Assembly: GCA_949290295.1 (NCBI GenBank)
Contig: CASERH010000009.1
Span: 1-62,906, forward strand
Source of the DNA: an uncultured Pseudomonadota bacterium
GTDB taxonomy: Bacteria > Pseudomonadota > Alphaproteobacteria > RF32 > CAG-239
Direction of reading: 5' to 3'
Length of the DNA: 62,906 nt
In this document: positions 21,534 through 29,731 of the stretch, in pieces
Layout of the letters: the number at the start of each line of letters is the position of its first letter
Numbering within the stretch: position 1 is the first letter of the stretch
The notes under the pieces: model-generated
Told to the model about the DNA's origin: nothing
The model's database searches: none
Seen by the model: the letters and a program-made list of their open reading frames with translations, nothing else
Program-made: the position numbers and the translations under genes

Positions 21534-21728
21534 ATCAAGCTTCCCCCGTTAACAATTTATTTTTGATTTATGCGTTCATCATACTGCGTATTTTTTGATT
21601 TGTTAACTTTTTTGACGGGGCTGTTAATAATTATTAACAAGATAAGTGTTGATAAAAATAAAAATGGCTTAAAACTGTGAGATAAAGACTTTATATTAGA
21701 GAGGATAAAGGGACAAAAGGGGATAAAA

Positions 21729-23069
21729 GTGTCGGAATTAACAGACAATATCATACAAGAAATAAGAAAACTAGATACCGCGGCTTATTACGGCAAAGTA
21801 ACGGGCGTTCAGGGCTTGTTTATTGAGGTAAGCGGCATTCCGGCCAAGTTATCAATAGGAGATCGCTGCAGCGTCATTAACAATAATGATAAAAGAGTCG
21901 CCTGCGAGGTTGTGAGCTTCAAGGAAGATAAGCTGCTGCTAATGCCTTATGGCTCGCTAGAGGGAATAGGGCTGGGCTGCAGAGTAGAGGTTGATGATGC
22001 TCACCCGGTTATATATCCGCACCCATCCTGGCTTGGGCGCATAGTCAATGCTTTTGGCGAGGCCATAGATGGCAAAGGTCCGCTGATAAAAGGGGATAAG
22101 CCCTATTTCATCAAGTCATCGCCGCCGCCGGCTCAGTTCAGAGATAGGGTAAAAGGCAAGGTAGATTTAGGCGTCAAGGCGGTCAATACTTTTCTGACTG
22201 TTTGCAAAGGGCAACGTATGGGTATTTTTGCCGGTTCCGGAGTCGGCAAGTCAACTCTGATGTCTATGATGGCGCGGAACACCAACTCTGATATTTCGGT
22301 GATAGGGCTGATTGGCGAGCGCGGCAGAGAGGCCAAAGAGTTTGTGGAAGATGTTTTGGGCGCCGAGGGGTTGGAAAAATCTGTTTTGGTGTTGGCTACC
22401 TCGGATGAAAGCCCGCTTTTGCGCCGTCAAGCTGCTTATGTGACTATGGCAATAGCCGAATATTTCAGAGATGAAAATAAAGACGTGTTATGCATGATGG
22501 ATTCAATCACCCGTTTTGCGATGGCACAAAGAGAAATTGCCCTTTCAATCGGTGAACCCCCAGCCTCCAAGGGCTATACGCCGAGCGTCTTTTCAGAATT
22601 GCCAAGATTGCTGGAGAGAGCAGGTCCAGGTTCCGGCAACGGCACGATTACGGGGTTGTTTACGGTTTTGGTTGATGGTGATGACCACAATGAGCCGGTG
22701 GCAGATGCCGTGCGCTCAATTTTAGATGGCCACATTGTGCTGGACAGAGCCATCGCCGAGAGAAACCGCTATCCGGCCATAAACATTTTGCGCTCGATAT
22801 CAAGAACCATGCCGGATTGTGATACCAAAGAGGAATATGCACTGGTGGCCAAAGCCAGAAAATATATCGCCTCGTATGAGGATATGGCAGAGCTGATTCG
22901 TTTAGGCGCCTATAAGAAGGGGTCTAATAAAGAAGTGGATGAGGCAATTTTTTATTATCCCAAGCTGGAGGCGTTTTTATCCCAGGGCAAGCAAGAGCGT
23001 TTCTCCTTGGCGGAGTGCTACGAGCTTTTGGGAAATATTTTGGCCATTCCTTATACAATGGAAGTCTGA
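21729..23069 (+). CDS. fliI: flagellum-specific ATP synthase FliI
   Basis: Walker A GSGVGKSTL and Walker B LCMMDSITRFA; 446 aa; GTG start as given in the track. Confidence 0.92.
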   Translation: MSELTDNIIQEIRKLDTAAYYGKVTGVQGLFIEVSGIPAKLSIGDRCSVINNNDKRVACEVVSFKEDKLLLMPYGSLEGIGLGCRVEVDDAHPVIYPHPSWLGRIVNAFGEAIDGKGPLIKGDKPYFIKSSPPPAQFRDRVKGKVDLGVKAVNTFLTVCKGQRMGIFAGSGVGKSTLMSMMARNTNSDISVIGLIGERGREAKEFVEDVLGAEGLEKSVLVLATSDESPLLRRQAAYVTMAIAEYFRDENKDVLCMMDSITRFAMAQREIALSIGEPPASKGYTPSVFSELPRLLERAGPGSGNGTITGLFTVLVDGDDHNEPVADAVRSILDGHIVLDRAIAERNRYPAINILRSISRTMPDCDTKEEYALVAKARKYIASYEDMAELIRLGAYKKGSNKEVDEAIFYYPKLEAFLSQGKQERFSLAECYELLGNILAIPYTMEV

Positions 23070-23074
23070 GTTAG

Positions 23075-23500
23075 ATGGGTAAATCACTAAAAATACTGAG
23101 CCGAATCCAAAAATTTAACATAGATGAGCAACGTAAAAAACTCTCCGAGAAAATGGATGAGGAAGCTCAAGTCATAGAGAATATCAAACAACTAGACGCC
23201 AAGTATGAGGAGGAAAAGCGTTTTGCCACGCAGAATCCAGGTGTTGGCGACTTTGGCTTGTTTACCAAGAGATATTTGAAGATAAGGCGCGGAGAGGAGG
23301 AACACTTGCGCCGTGTGAAGGCAGAGATAGAGGCGATTCGCGACAAGATATCGGAGATGTTTAAGGAGCAAAAGACCTTTGAGATAGTAGACGAGCACCG
23401 CGAGGCGGTTGAGCGCTATGAAAATGAACAAAAAGAACAAAAGATGCTTGATGAAATCGGAACCAATGCCTATATCAAACAACATGGAGATAACACTTAA
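23075..23500 (+). CDS. fliJ: flagellar export chaperone FliJ-like coiled-coil protein
   Basis: 141-aa highly charged helical protein immediately after fliI. Called from position and composition. Confidence 0.6.
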   Translation: MGKSLKILSRIQKFNIDEQRKKLSEKMDEEAQVIENIKQLDAKYEEEKRFATQNPGVGDFGLFTKRYLKIRRGEEEHLRRVKAEIEAIRDKISEMFKEQKTFEIVDEHREAVERYENEQKEQKMLDEIGTNAYIKQHGDNT

Positions 23501-23515
23501 AAGGAGGAAAAACTA

Positions 23516-24094
23516 ATGTTTGAAATGTTACTATTGCCATATCCGGCAGATGCCCTTGCCCCATATATGACGGAGCAAACTTTTGAGTATCACTACGGCA
23601 AGCACTATAAGAACTATGTAGATACCCTAAACAAACTGGTCGCCGGAACAGAATATGAGAATATGAGCTTGGAAGAGATTATTCAAGCCACCTACGGCAA
23701 AGCAGATAAGCAGGCGATATTCAACAATGCCGGCCAGGCTTTGAACCACCAGATGTTTTGGATGTCAATGAAGCCGAACGGCGGTGGCGCTCCCAAGGGC
23801 AAGTTGCTGGAAATGATTATTGAGCAATACGGAAGCTATGACAACTTCAAGCAAGAGTTAAAGAACGCGGCCGTGACACAATTTGGCAGTGGCTGGGCTT
23901 GGGTCGTCATAGAAGACGGCAAGGTCAAGATCCTCAAGACCTCAAACGCCGATACGCCGGTGGCCAAGGGCTTAAAACCGCTGATAGCCATAGATGTATG
24001 GGAGCATGCTTACTACTTGGATTATCAGAATCGCCGAGCCGACTTTGTTGAGGCCTTTTTGGACAAACTTGTAAATTGGCCTGAGGTCAAGTAA
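23516..24094 (+). CDS. sodB: Fe/Mn superoxide dismutase
   Basis: LPYPADALAPYM...HYGKHH-like, FNNAGQALNH and DVWEHAYYLDYQNRR motifs. Confidence 0.93.
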   Translation: MFEMLLLPYPADALAPYMTEQTFEYHYGKHYKNYVDTLNKLVAGTEYENMSLEEIIQATYGKADKQAIFNNAGQALNHQMFWMSMKPNGGGAPKGKLLEMIIEQYGSYDNFKQELKNAAVTQFGSGWAWVVIEDGKVKILKTSNADTPVAKGLKPLIAIDVWEHAYYLDYQNRRADFVEAFLDKLVNWPEVK

Positions 24095-24111
24095 GGGGAA
24101 GCTATCCGTAA

Positions 24112-24141
24112 AAGCCGCTTTGAGAGAAGCGGCTTTTTTGT
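24112..24141 (+). terminator. rho-independent terminator after sodB
   Basis: AAGCCGCTT-tgagag-AAGCGGCTTTTTT. Confidence 0.85.
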
Positions 24142-24262
24142 TGGTTAAGTGTTCCTTAAACATTTATCGGTAAAATAGCATAAAAACAGAAAGCAGAGAT
24201 TGCTTTTGTGTTGACAAATTTTGTCCAAAGTGCTATTGTAAAGATAGTAAAAGCACTTACGC

Positions 24263-24826
24263 GTGGAGAATAAAATGAACGACCAATACAACCAATATCC
24301 GTGTGGAAAAGAAGCATACAATGCATACATAAAAGCACCTATGGATTGGTATGTTTCCAAGTTAGATAGTAAATACGAAAAATTAACAAAAAAAATTCCC
24401 AGCAAGATGTTGCGAGAAGCCGCCAACAGTCATGCGGCTAAGTCTCTTGTTTATTCCCTTGGCGCCGGAGTTGCTTTTGCCGGATCTGCGGTTGCGGCAA
24501 AAGTAGTGAATGATGGAACGCCCGTCATGGGCGGCATTTTGGCGGCAACGGCATTGGGTGCGGCAGCATTGCATCATGCCAAGAATAGTAAATTAGTTCG
24601 AGCCTTTGCTCATGGAGCAAAAAACATGGCCAAAACGATTGAAAAGGATACCAGGGCAGACCGCAAAAAAATGGCTGCCAAAATATCAACTTTTGCAAAA
24701 GTTGCAGCTAAAAGGTTGCATAAGGGGTTTAGTAATTTTGTGCATAAAATAGGCGAAAATAATAATCCGCTGGGAAAAAATGTCAGAAACCTCTTAGGCA
24801 GATTGGCTTTGGGAAAGGGGCGCTAA
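24263..24826 (+). CDS. hypothetical membrane-associated protein
   Basis: 187 aa (ATG alternative at 24275). It has a Gly/Ala-rich hydrophobic core (LGAGVAFAGSAVAAKV...GGILAATALGAAAL) and a basic C-terminus. A TTGACA-17-TATTGT promoter-like site lies at 24211-24239. Confidence 0.55.
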   Translation: MENKMNDQYNQYPCGKEAYNAYIKAPMDWYVSKLDSKYEKLTKKIPSKMLREAANSHAAKSLVYSLGAGVAFAGSAVAAKVVNDGTPVMGGILAATALGAAALHHAKNSKLVRAFAHGAKNMAKTIEKDTRADRKKMAAKISTFAKVAAKRLHKGFSNFVHKIGENNNPLGKNVRNLLGRLALGKGR

Positions 24827-25176
24827 TGTCAGGATACACAACGGAAAATGACTTTGTAATAGCTGAAGGCTCCGAAGGAGAGCTATATATTTATATCTCC
24901 GCCAAGGCTGCCACACCATCAAATCCTCAGATTGTTTATGACGGCTGTGATCACGCAATTTTTATGCGCAGACCGGAAGAGCGAATTATCTTGGACTACA
25001 TTAATCCGCAGGTCAGAGATAAATTACGCAAAGCGCCGGCAGTTGTGGTAGTTGAAACAATTTTGGAAAATATCAAGGACTGTTACATAGCCAACATGAA
25101 AATGGTAGACAAGATACCGGTAGACTGGAACAAAATAGGGCTAAAGAGCTGGGAAGAAGTCGCCCTCAAAAAATAA
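24826..25176 (+). CDS. hypothetical protein
   Basis: 116 aa. Its start overlaps the preceding stop (TAATG). No recognisable motif. Confidence 0.55.
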   Translation: MSGYTTENDFVIAEGSEGELYIYISAKAATPSNPQIVYDGCDHAIFMRRPEERIILDYINPQVRDKLRKAPAVVVVETILENIKDCYIANMKMVDKIPVDWNKIGLKSWEEVALKK

Positions 25177-25201
25177 GTGATAAAAGACAATGTTTTGAGA
25201 C

Positions 25202-25234
25202 CTTAACCATATAGATATGGTTAAGATTTTTTTT
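25202..25234. terminator. bidirectional terminator between the 116-aa gene and crcB
   Basis: CTTAACCATA-taga-TATGGTTAAG followed by T8. Confidence 0.8.
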
Positions 25235-25235
25235 G

Positions 25236-25610
25236 CTACAAAAATAAGCGCCTAACGACAAATCCGGCGGCATAAATGCTGCAAATTCCCAAAATGACGG
25301 AAGAAGATACATAAACCAGCATATGCAAAAAGGCAAATTTGTTGATAAGTCCAACCGCGTCCAATCCAAAGGTTGAAAACGTGGTAAAAGCGCCCAAAAA
25401 TCCTGTAATCAAAAAGATTCTGGCCTCTTGGGGTAAGTGTGCCTTAATGGCAAAAAACTCGCTCAATCCGCCGATTAAGAAACATCCCAGAATATTGACA
25501 ACAAAAGTCGAGAAAGGAAAAGAGGTGCTTTTGTCAGCCAAAACGGAAACACAAAAATATCTGGCAACAGCTCCAAGCATTCCACCAAAAGCAACAAACA
25601 AATAATTCAT
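25236..25610 (-). CDS. crcB: fluoride ion channel CrcB/FluC
   Basis: MNYLFVAFGGMLGAVARY...GAFTTFSTF motifs. The ATG at 25610 gives 124 aa. A fluoride riboswitch precedes it. Confidence 0.88.
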   Translation of the reverse strand: MNYLFVAFGGMLGAVARYFCVSVLADKSTSFPFSTFVVNILGCFLIGGLSEFFAIKAHLPQEARIFLITGFLGAFTTFSTFGLDAVGLINKFAFLHMLVYVSSSVILGICSIYAAGFVVRRLFL

Positions 25611-25638
25611 AACCCAAAAACTCCTTTCATTTAAAAAT

Positions 25639-25730
25639 AAAAAAACTTCTCCCATTATCAAAAAATGGCAGAAGTCATCAGCCCTAGGGGCGGTTTGGTC
25701 CAATCAGAACCGGGGAGAACATCATTCCCT
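25639..25730 (-). promoter_or_regulatory. fluoride riboswitch (crcB motif) with terminator expression platform
   Basis: The minus strand reads GGGAAUGAUGUUCUCCC...AAACCGCCCCUAGGGCUGAUGACUUCUGCC, matching the conserved GGxGAUGxxGUUCxCC...AAACCGCC...GCUGAUGA core. A CUUCUGCCAUU...AAUGGGAGAAG hairpin plus U-run overlaps the aptamer 3' end. Confidence 0.8.
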
Positions 25731-25791
25731 CTCGAGAGGATATAATCAGCAAATACAAATAAAATCAAGCAAAAAAATTTATCTTTCTGAG

Positions 25792-25898
25792 TGAGAGCAA
25801 GGTAACGAAGCGAAGCAACGCTTATAGTCGGAATTGAGTAGTCTCGCTTGATTAACAAAAAAAAGCGCTCTCAAAGGAGCGCATTTTTGATTGGTGAT
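25792..25898 (+). repeat. direct repeat copy A (~107 nt) of the tRNA-Glu 3'-flank element
   Basis: By eye about nine tenths identical to 26871..26979. It includes the terminator hairpin GCGCTC-N6-GAGCGC and ends in ATTGGTGAT (the first 7 nt of the tRNA-Glu 3' end). Confidence 0.8.
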
Positions 25899-25905
25899 GC
25901 TTAAC

Positions 25906-26523
25906 TCACAGTTTACGATTTAAATGAAAATAATGCTCTGGAAATTCTCCTTCGTTTTCTAATAAATACAAATATCTCTCTTTAAATCTTTCTTTTACCT
26001 CTGGTAGCGTAACTTTCCTAAACCAGTCTTTTTTGGCTTTTTTTACACCACTTTCTAAAAGCTCTTCAATGGATTTATTTGGATTTTCATACCAATAGAG
26101 CGACATAAAAGGCCCAATAAGATGTGATGCGGCATCGGCAGAAGATACAATTTGAACTTCTATCGGTGCAAAATGCAAATCCTCTTCCATTTTTCTCTCC
26201 ATATTCTGCAGAGATGAAATGATACTATCAGTAAACTCAGAAGAAAATCCCAATTCTAACAAAAGTTCTTTGCCTTTGGTGAATGTCAAAAAATCCCCTT
26301 TATCATAATTTTCAGGGCGTTGGGCTAGAATTTTGCCATAATCATGTAACCAAACCATAGCAAAACAAAGGTCTTTGTTGGCATTGGGATAAATTTCACA
26401 AAGCTCGTTTGCCAATCTTTCAACAATTTGAAGATGCCATTTGACATACCACTGATGATGAACAAAATTTGGATTTTGCGCTTCTTTAATAACTTTTTCT
26501 TTTAACTTAATCAATTTATTCAT
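25906..26523 (-). CDS. HD-domain metal-dependent phosphohydrolase-family protein
   Basis: 205 aa with an H...WLHDYGK...D pattern (HD motif). It lies between the two long repeat copies. Confidence 0.7.
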   Translation of the reverse strand: MNKLIKLKEKVIKEAQNPNFVHHQWYVKWHLQIVERLANELCEIYPNANKDLCFAMVWLHDYGKILAQRPENYDKGDFLTFTKGKELLLELGFSSEFTDSIISSLQNMERKMEEDLHFAPIEVQIVSSADAASHLIGPFMSLYWYENPNKSIEELLESGVKKAKKDWFRKVTLPEVKERFKERYLYLLENEGEFPEHYFHLNRKL

Positions 26524-26791
26524 AAATTCTTCCCTTTGTGATTATAATTATAAAATAATTATGATTAAATATAAACTACAATTTCAGATAAGATCACAAT
26601 AAAATCTCCAAAAATTTTATATATCATTTTTTATAGATAAATATTTTGTAATCTATTGAAAAACAAATAAACCAGATTAAAAAAGTTCGGACAAATTGAA
26701 AAAAAGACTATTTTTGAAAATAAAACATCCGAACTCAAGATAAGCCTTGGAAATAAAAGAAAAAGCAGCCGTTTTACCGACTGCCGTTTGT

Positions 26792-26805
26792 ATTGGTGAT
26801 CCCAG
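26792..26805 (+). repeat. 14-nt copy of the tRNA-Glu 3' end junction (ATTGGTGATCCCAG)
   Basis: Identical to 26971..26984, which spans the tRNA-Glu 3' terminus. Like the genuine junction, it is preceded by a hairpin. Confidence 0.7.
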
Positions 26806-26870
26806 TGCTGAGAAATAAAAAACACCGTTGCTCCGGTGTTTTTTATGAGCCAAGCAATGAGACTAGCGGT

Positions 26871-26979
26871 TGAGAGCAAGGTAACGAAGCGAAGCAAGCG
26901 CTTCAGTCGGAATTGTATAGTCTCGCTTGATCATCAACAAAAAAAGCGCTCTTAACGGAGCGCATTTTTAATTGGTGAT
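26871..26979 (+). repeat. direct repeat copy B (~109 nt) abutting and overlapping the tRNA-Glu 3' end
   Basis: TGAGAGCAAGGTAACGAAGCGAAGCAAGCGCTT...GCGCTCTTAACGGAGCGCATTTTTAATTGGTGAT; see copy A. Confidence 0.8.
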
Positions 26980-27048
26980 CCCAGCGAGACTCGAACTCGC
27001 GTTACCGCCGTGAGAGGGCGATGTCCTAGGCCGCTAGACGATGGGACC
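26973..27048 (-). tRNA. tRNA-Glu (anticodon CUC), CCA encoded
   Basis: The reverse complement GGTCCCATCGTCTAGCGGCCTAGGACATCGCCCTCTCACGGCGGTAACGCGAGTTCGAGTCTCGCTGGGATCACCA folds as a cloverleaf. The anticodon loop is CU-CUC-AC. Confidence 0.9.
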
Positions 27049-27145
27049 TTTGCAAGAAACATCACCTTAATAATCTAAAAAACTTTAATTTGCAAGAAGT
27101 TTTTTTGCTAAAAACAAAATAAACTTCAAAACCTTTGCTTTCAGC

Positions 27146-28732
27146 TTATACCATTGGTGGCGCCGCCAGCAGATAGACATTATTAAATCCCCGTTGCGAC
27201 AAAATGCAGTAAGCGAGGTAGGCTGCATAACCATTATGGCAATAAAGCGCGATTTTTTTATCTTTGGGGATGATGGCTAAGCTTTTTCTGAGCGTGGTCA
27301 GGGGAAGATTGACAGCGCCAGGCAAATGTCCGAGAGCAAAGTTTTCCGGATTTCTGACATCCACAGGGGTAATGTCATCGGTCAAATCTTCAACATCAAT
27401 ATACCTAAGTTTTCCGCTCAAAACTTCCCAAGCCAGCGCGCCGATATTGTTGATGATATCTTTGGCTGTGCTGTAGGGTGGAGCAAATGCAACTTCTTCA
27501 AAAATCAAGTCTGATACACGTCCGCCATGTTGCATTTGGACGCTGAGTGCATCAATACGCTCGGCCGCGCCGGCCTCACCGATAATTTGCGCGCCGAGGA
27601 TGAGGCCGTTGGCGGCAAACAAAAGTTTCATGGCCAGCGGCTTGGCGTCGGGAAGGTAGAAGGCTTTATCTTCTTGCCGCAGATAGACTTTTTGATAATC
27701 GATATTGGCGGCTTTCAGCTTGGTCTCGTTGCAGCCGACAACCGCCGCCGTAAGCCTGAAAACTTTGCAGATATTGGTACCGATGATATCTCCAAAAATA
27801 GAATTAGCGCCACAAATATGCTCTGCCGCCACGCGCGCCTGCTTGAGAGCGTTGGAGGCATTGGGCCAGCGTTCAGATACTCCGGTAATGCGATTGATGA
27901 CTTCCACATTATCTCCGCAGGCATAGATATTGGCATCATTAGTTTGCATATATTTGTTAACCAATATTCCGCCGCTTTGCCCGATATCCAAATCAGCCAT
28001 AATCGGCAGCTTGACATCCGGTTTGACGCCGGTGGCAATAATTGCCATATCAAATTTAAGCCTTTTGCCGTTATCAAGTACAACCTCGGAATCTCCAAAT
28101 TTTTTGATCTGAGTGTTAAGCAGAAGCCTGATATCGCGAGAGTTAAGCTCTTTTTCCAGGGAGGTTGTCATATCGGCGTCAAAATAGGGGAGAATATGGT
28201 CACTCTTGTCGATGAGGGTGACTTTGGCCTTAAGCTGGGAAAAAGCCTCTGTTGCCTCGATTCCGATATCTCCGGCGCCTAAGATAATGATGTCCGAGGC
28301 ATTGGTGCTGAGATAATAGTCTTTAATGCGCTGGATTCCGCTCAAAGTGCGAATGGTAAAGATATTATCACCCAAGATACCGGGAATGTCTGGCCGCAGC
28401 TGCAAAGCGCCGGTAGCAATAATTAGTTTGTCATAAGTTTCCGGCTTTTGATCTGCAATCAAGACTTTTTTCTCGTTCCTTTCAATAGAGAGAACCTCAT
28501 GGTTGAGCTTAACCTCGATTTTAAAAATATTTTGCATTTGCGATACGGTAGCACCGGTCAAATCATCAGCTTCTTTAACAATATCAGAGAGCAGGTAGGT
28601 TAAACCGCAGCTAGCGATGGCAAATTCATTATTTTTTTCCAAGATGACGATTCTTGCATCTTCGTTCAGCCGACGCAATCTGGTTGCTGCGGCCATACCG
28701 GCGCTTCCGCCGCCAATAATCACAATTTTCAT
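27146..28732 (-). CDS. CoA-disulfide reductase/NADH-oxidase-family flavoprotein fused to a C-terminal rhodanese domain
   Basis: MKIVIIGGGSAGMAAA, a redox Cys in AIASCGLTY, a second GAGDIGIE dinucleotide fold, and a C-terminal rhodanese loop (YCHNGYAA). Confidence 0.8.
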   Translation of the reverse strand: MKIVIIGGGSAGMAAATRLRRLNEDARIVILEKNNEFAIASCGLTYLLSDIVKEADDLTGATVSQMQNIFKIEVKLNHEVLSIERNEKKVLIADQKPETYDKLIIATGALQLRPDIPGILGDNIFTIRTLSGIQRIKDYYLSTNASDIIILGAGDIGIEATEAFSQLKAKVTLIDKSDHILPYFDADMTTSLEKELNSRDIRLLLNTQIKKFGDSEVVLDNGKRLKFDMAIIATGVKPDVKLPIMADLDIGQSGGILVNKYMQTNDANIYACGDNVEVINRITGVSERWPNASNALKQARVAAEHICGANSIFGDIIGTNICKVFRLTAAVVGCNETKLKAANIDYQKVYLRQEDKAFYLPDAKPLAMKLLFAANGLILGAQIIGEAGAAERIDALSVQMQHGGRVSDLIFEEVAFAPPYSTAKDIINNIGALAWEVLSGKLRYIDVEDLTDDITPVDVRNPENFALGHLPGAVNLPLTTLRKSLAIIPKDKKIALYCHNGYAAYLAYCILSQRGFNNVYLLAAPPMV

Positions 28733-28806
28733 ATTTCTAACTCCTTATAAAACATAGATATTCTTAAAAAGCTAGAATTTAAGCCCTGTATAAAAATAAA
28801 TTGTGT

Positions 28807-28835
28807 TTGACAAATTTGAGAAAACGAATTATATC
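28807..28835 (+). promoter_or_regulatory. sigma70-like promoter (TTGACA-17 nt-TATATC)
   Basis: Consensus -35 at 28807-28812, a 17-nt spacer and TATATC at 28830-28835, about 55 nt upstream of the ATG at 28891. Confidence 0.55.
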
Positions 28836-28890
28836 AACCTTACATTTTTTACAATTAACACTATTACTTAACTTTAAAACCCAAATTACT

Positions 28891-29529
28891 ATGGAAAAGA
28901 AAATTTATCTCCAGAAGGAGCGGACAACGAAAGACGGAAAGACCGAGCGTCTTTATTTTCCCGAGCTGGGAGTAGGTTTCGATGATGAGTTCAACTTCCT
29001 TGAGGTGGCAGTAGTCGACGGTGAAGTTTATGCTCGCCTCAAGAATGCCAACGGAAAAAACAAGTGGGCCACGCTCTACCGGAACAAGCTCCTGGGAGGT
29101 GCAACAGTCTTCGTGGTACGAAACGAATTCGAAGAGGACGGAAAGAAGTATAGCAAAGATCTTATCTACAACGGCGACGGAGCATCTTCCCAATACGGCC
29201 GTTTGTGCGGAAAGTTCATCGTTCTTTTCGGCCGACTTGAAGGACTTGTGTCTGTCAGAAAGGTCGATGTGGTACCGATCCTGGAACCTGAAAAGGCATT
29301 CACCTTCTCGATCAATTCAGGTAACCCCTGGATCAGCTGCCAGATGATGAACACCTCCGGCGGCGTCCTGAGCATTCACGGACACAACTACAAGTTCGTG
29401 AAAGGTGAGGACGGCCAGTATGTGCAGGAGGAAATCACGGATCGTCAGGCCGCGGCAATGAGGCGCAAGGCCAATGCCGACAGCGACGGTGCCGACTGGG
29501 TGCCCGTGGAGTTCTGCTCCGAAAAATAA
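28891..29529 (+). CDS. hypothetical protein (orphan, foreign codon usage)
   Basis: 212 aa from the ATG at 28891. Strong preference for C/G-ending codons (about 11 TTC vs 1 TTT; AAG, AAC, GAC and ATC favoured), unlike the neighbouring genes. It has its own promoter and terminator. Confidence 0.65.
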   Translation: MEKKIYLQKERTTKDGKTERLYFPELGVGFDDEFNFLEVAVVDGEVYARLKNANGKNKWATLYRNKLLGGATVFVVRNEFEEDGKKYSKDLIYNGDGASSQYGRLCGKFIVLFGRLEGLVSVRKVDVVPILEPEKAFTFSINSGNPWISCQMMNTSGGVLSIHGHNYKFVKGEDGQYVQEEITDRQAAAMRRKANADSDGADWVPVEFCSEK

Positions 29530-29550
29530 CGAGGAGATTTTACAATTCGA

Positions 29551-29588
29551 GAGCCGATTGTCTTTAGTGACAATCGGTTCTTTTTTTG
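29551..29588 (+). terminator. rho-independent terminator
   Basis: GAGCCGATTGTC-tttagt-GACAATCGGTTC followed by T7. Confidence 0.85.
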
Positions 29589-29589
29589 C

Positions 29590-29618
29590 TTGACTCTTAG
29601 AGATAAAATAGGTATAAA
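29590..29618 (+). promoter_or_regulatory. sigma70-like promoter for ffh (TTGACT-17 nt-TATAAA)
   Basis: -35 at 29590-29595 and -10 at 29613-29618. This would give a ~105-nt leader containing an extended hairpin (29674-29706) before the ffh ATG. Confidence 0.5.
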
Positions 29619-29731
29619 ACCACCAGATTTTTCAAATTATATAACGAAAAATTAATACACTCCAAGGAGTGCCGCCAGTCAGCGAGGGTTCGCACACTGG
29701 CGCGTTAGAGGTTTAAATTAAGAGTTAGGCA

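Noticed and set aside
21624-21638. CtrA-box-like TTAA-TAATTA-TTAAC in the ctrA/fliI divergent region.
   Set aside because: The spacer is 6 nt, not the canonical 7 (TTAA-N7-TTAAC). I found no canonical full site here or in the prophage control regions, so I make no CtrA-regulation claim.
27527-28282. Long antisense ORFs in the track: 251 aa at 27527-28282, plus 16349-17071, 36733-37305, 8697-9248, 19283-19963, 12725-13228 and others.
   Set aside because: Each lies fully inside, and antisense or out of frame to, a gene with strong family motifs (CoADR, trmFO, the asd-like gene, DsbD, chpT/receiver, elbB). They lack SD sequences and recognisable motifs, so they are typical shadow ORFs.
29625-29731. 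Possibility that the structured region upstream of ffh is the SRP (4.5S) RNA gene.
   Set aside because: The conserved domain IV sequence (GGUCCGGAAGGAAGCAGCC-like, with a GGAA tetraloop) is absent. I treat the region only as an mRNA leader hairpin.
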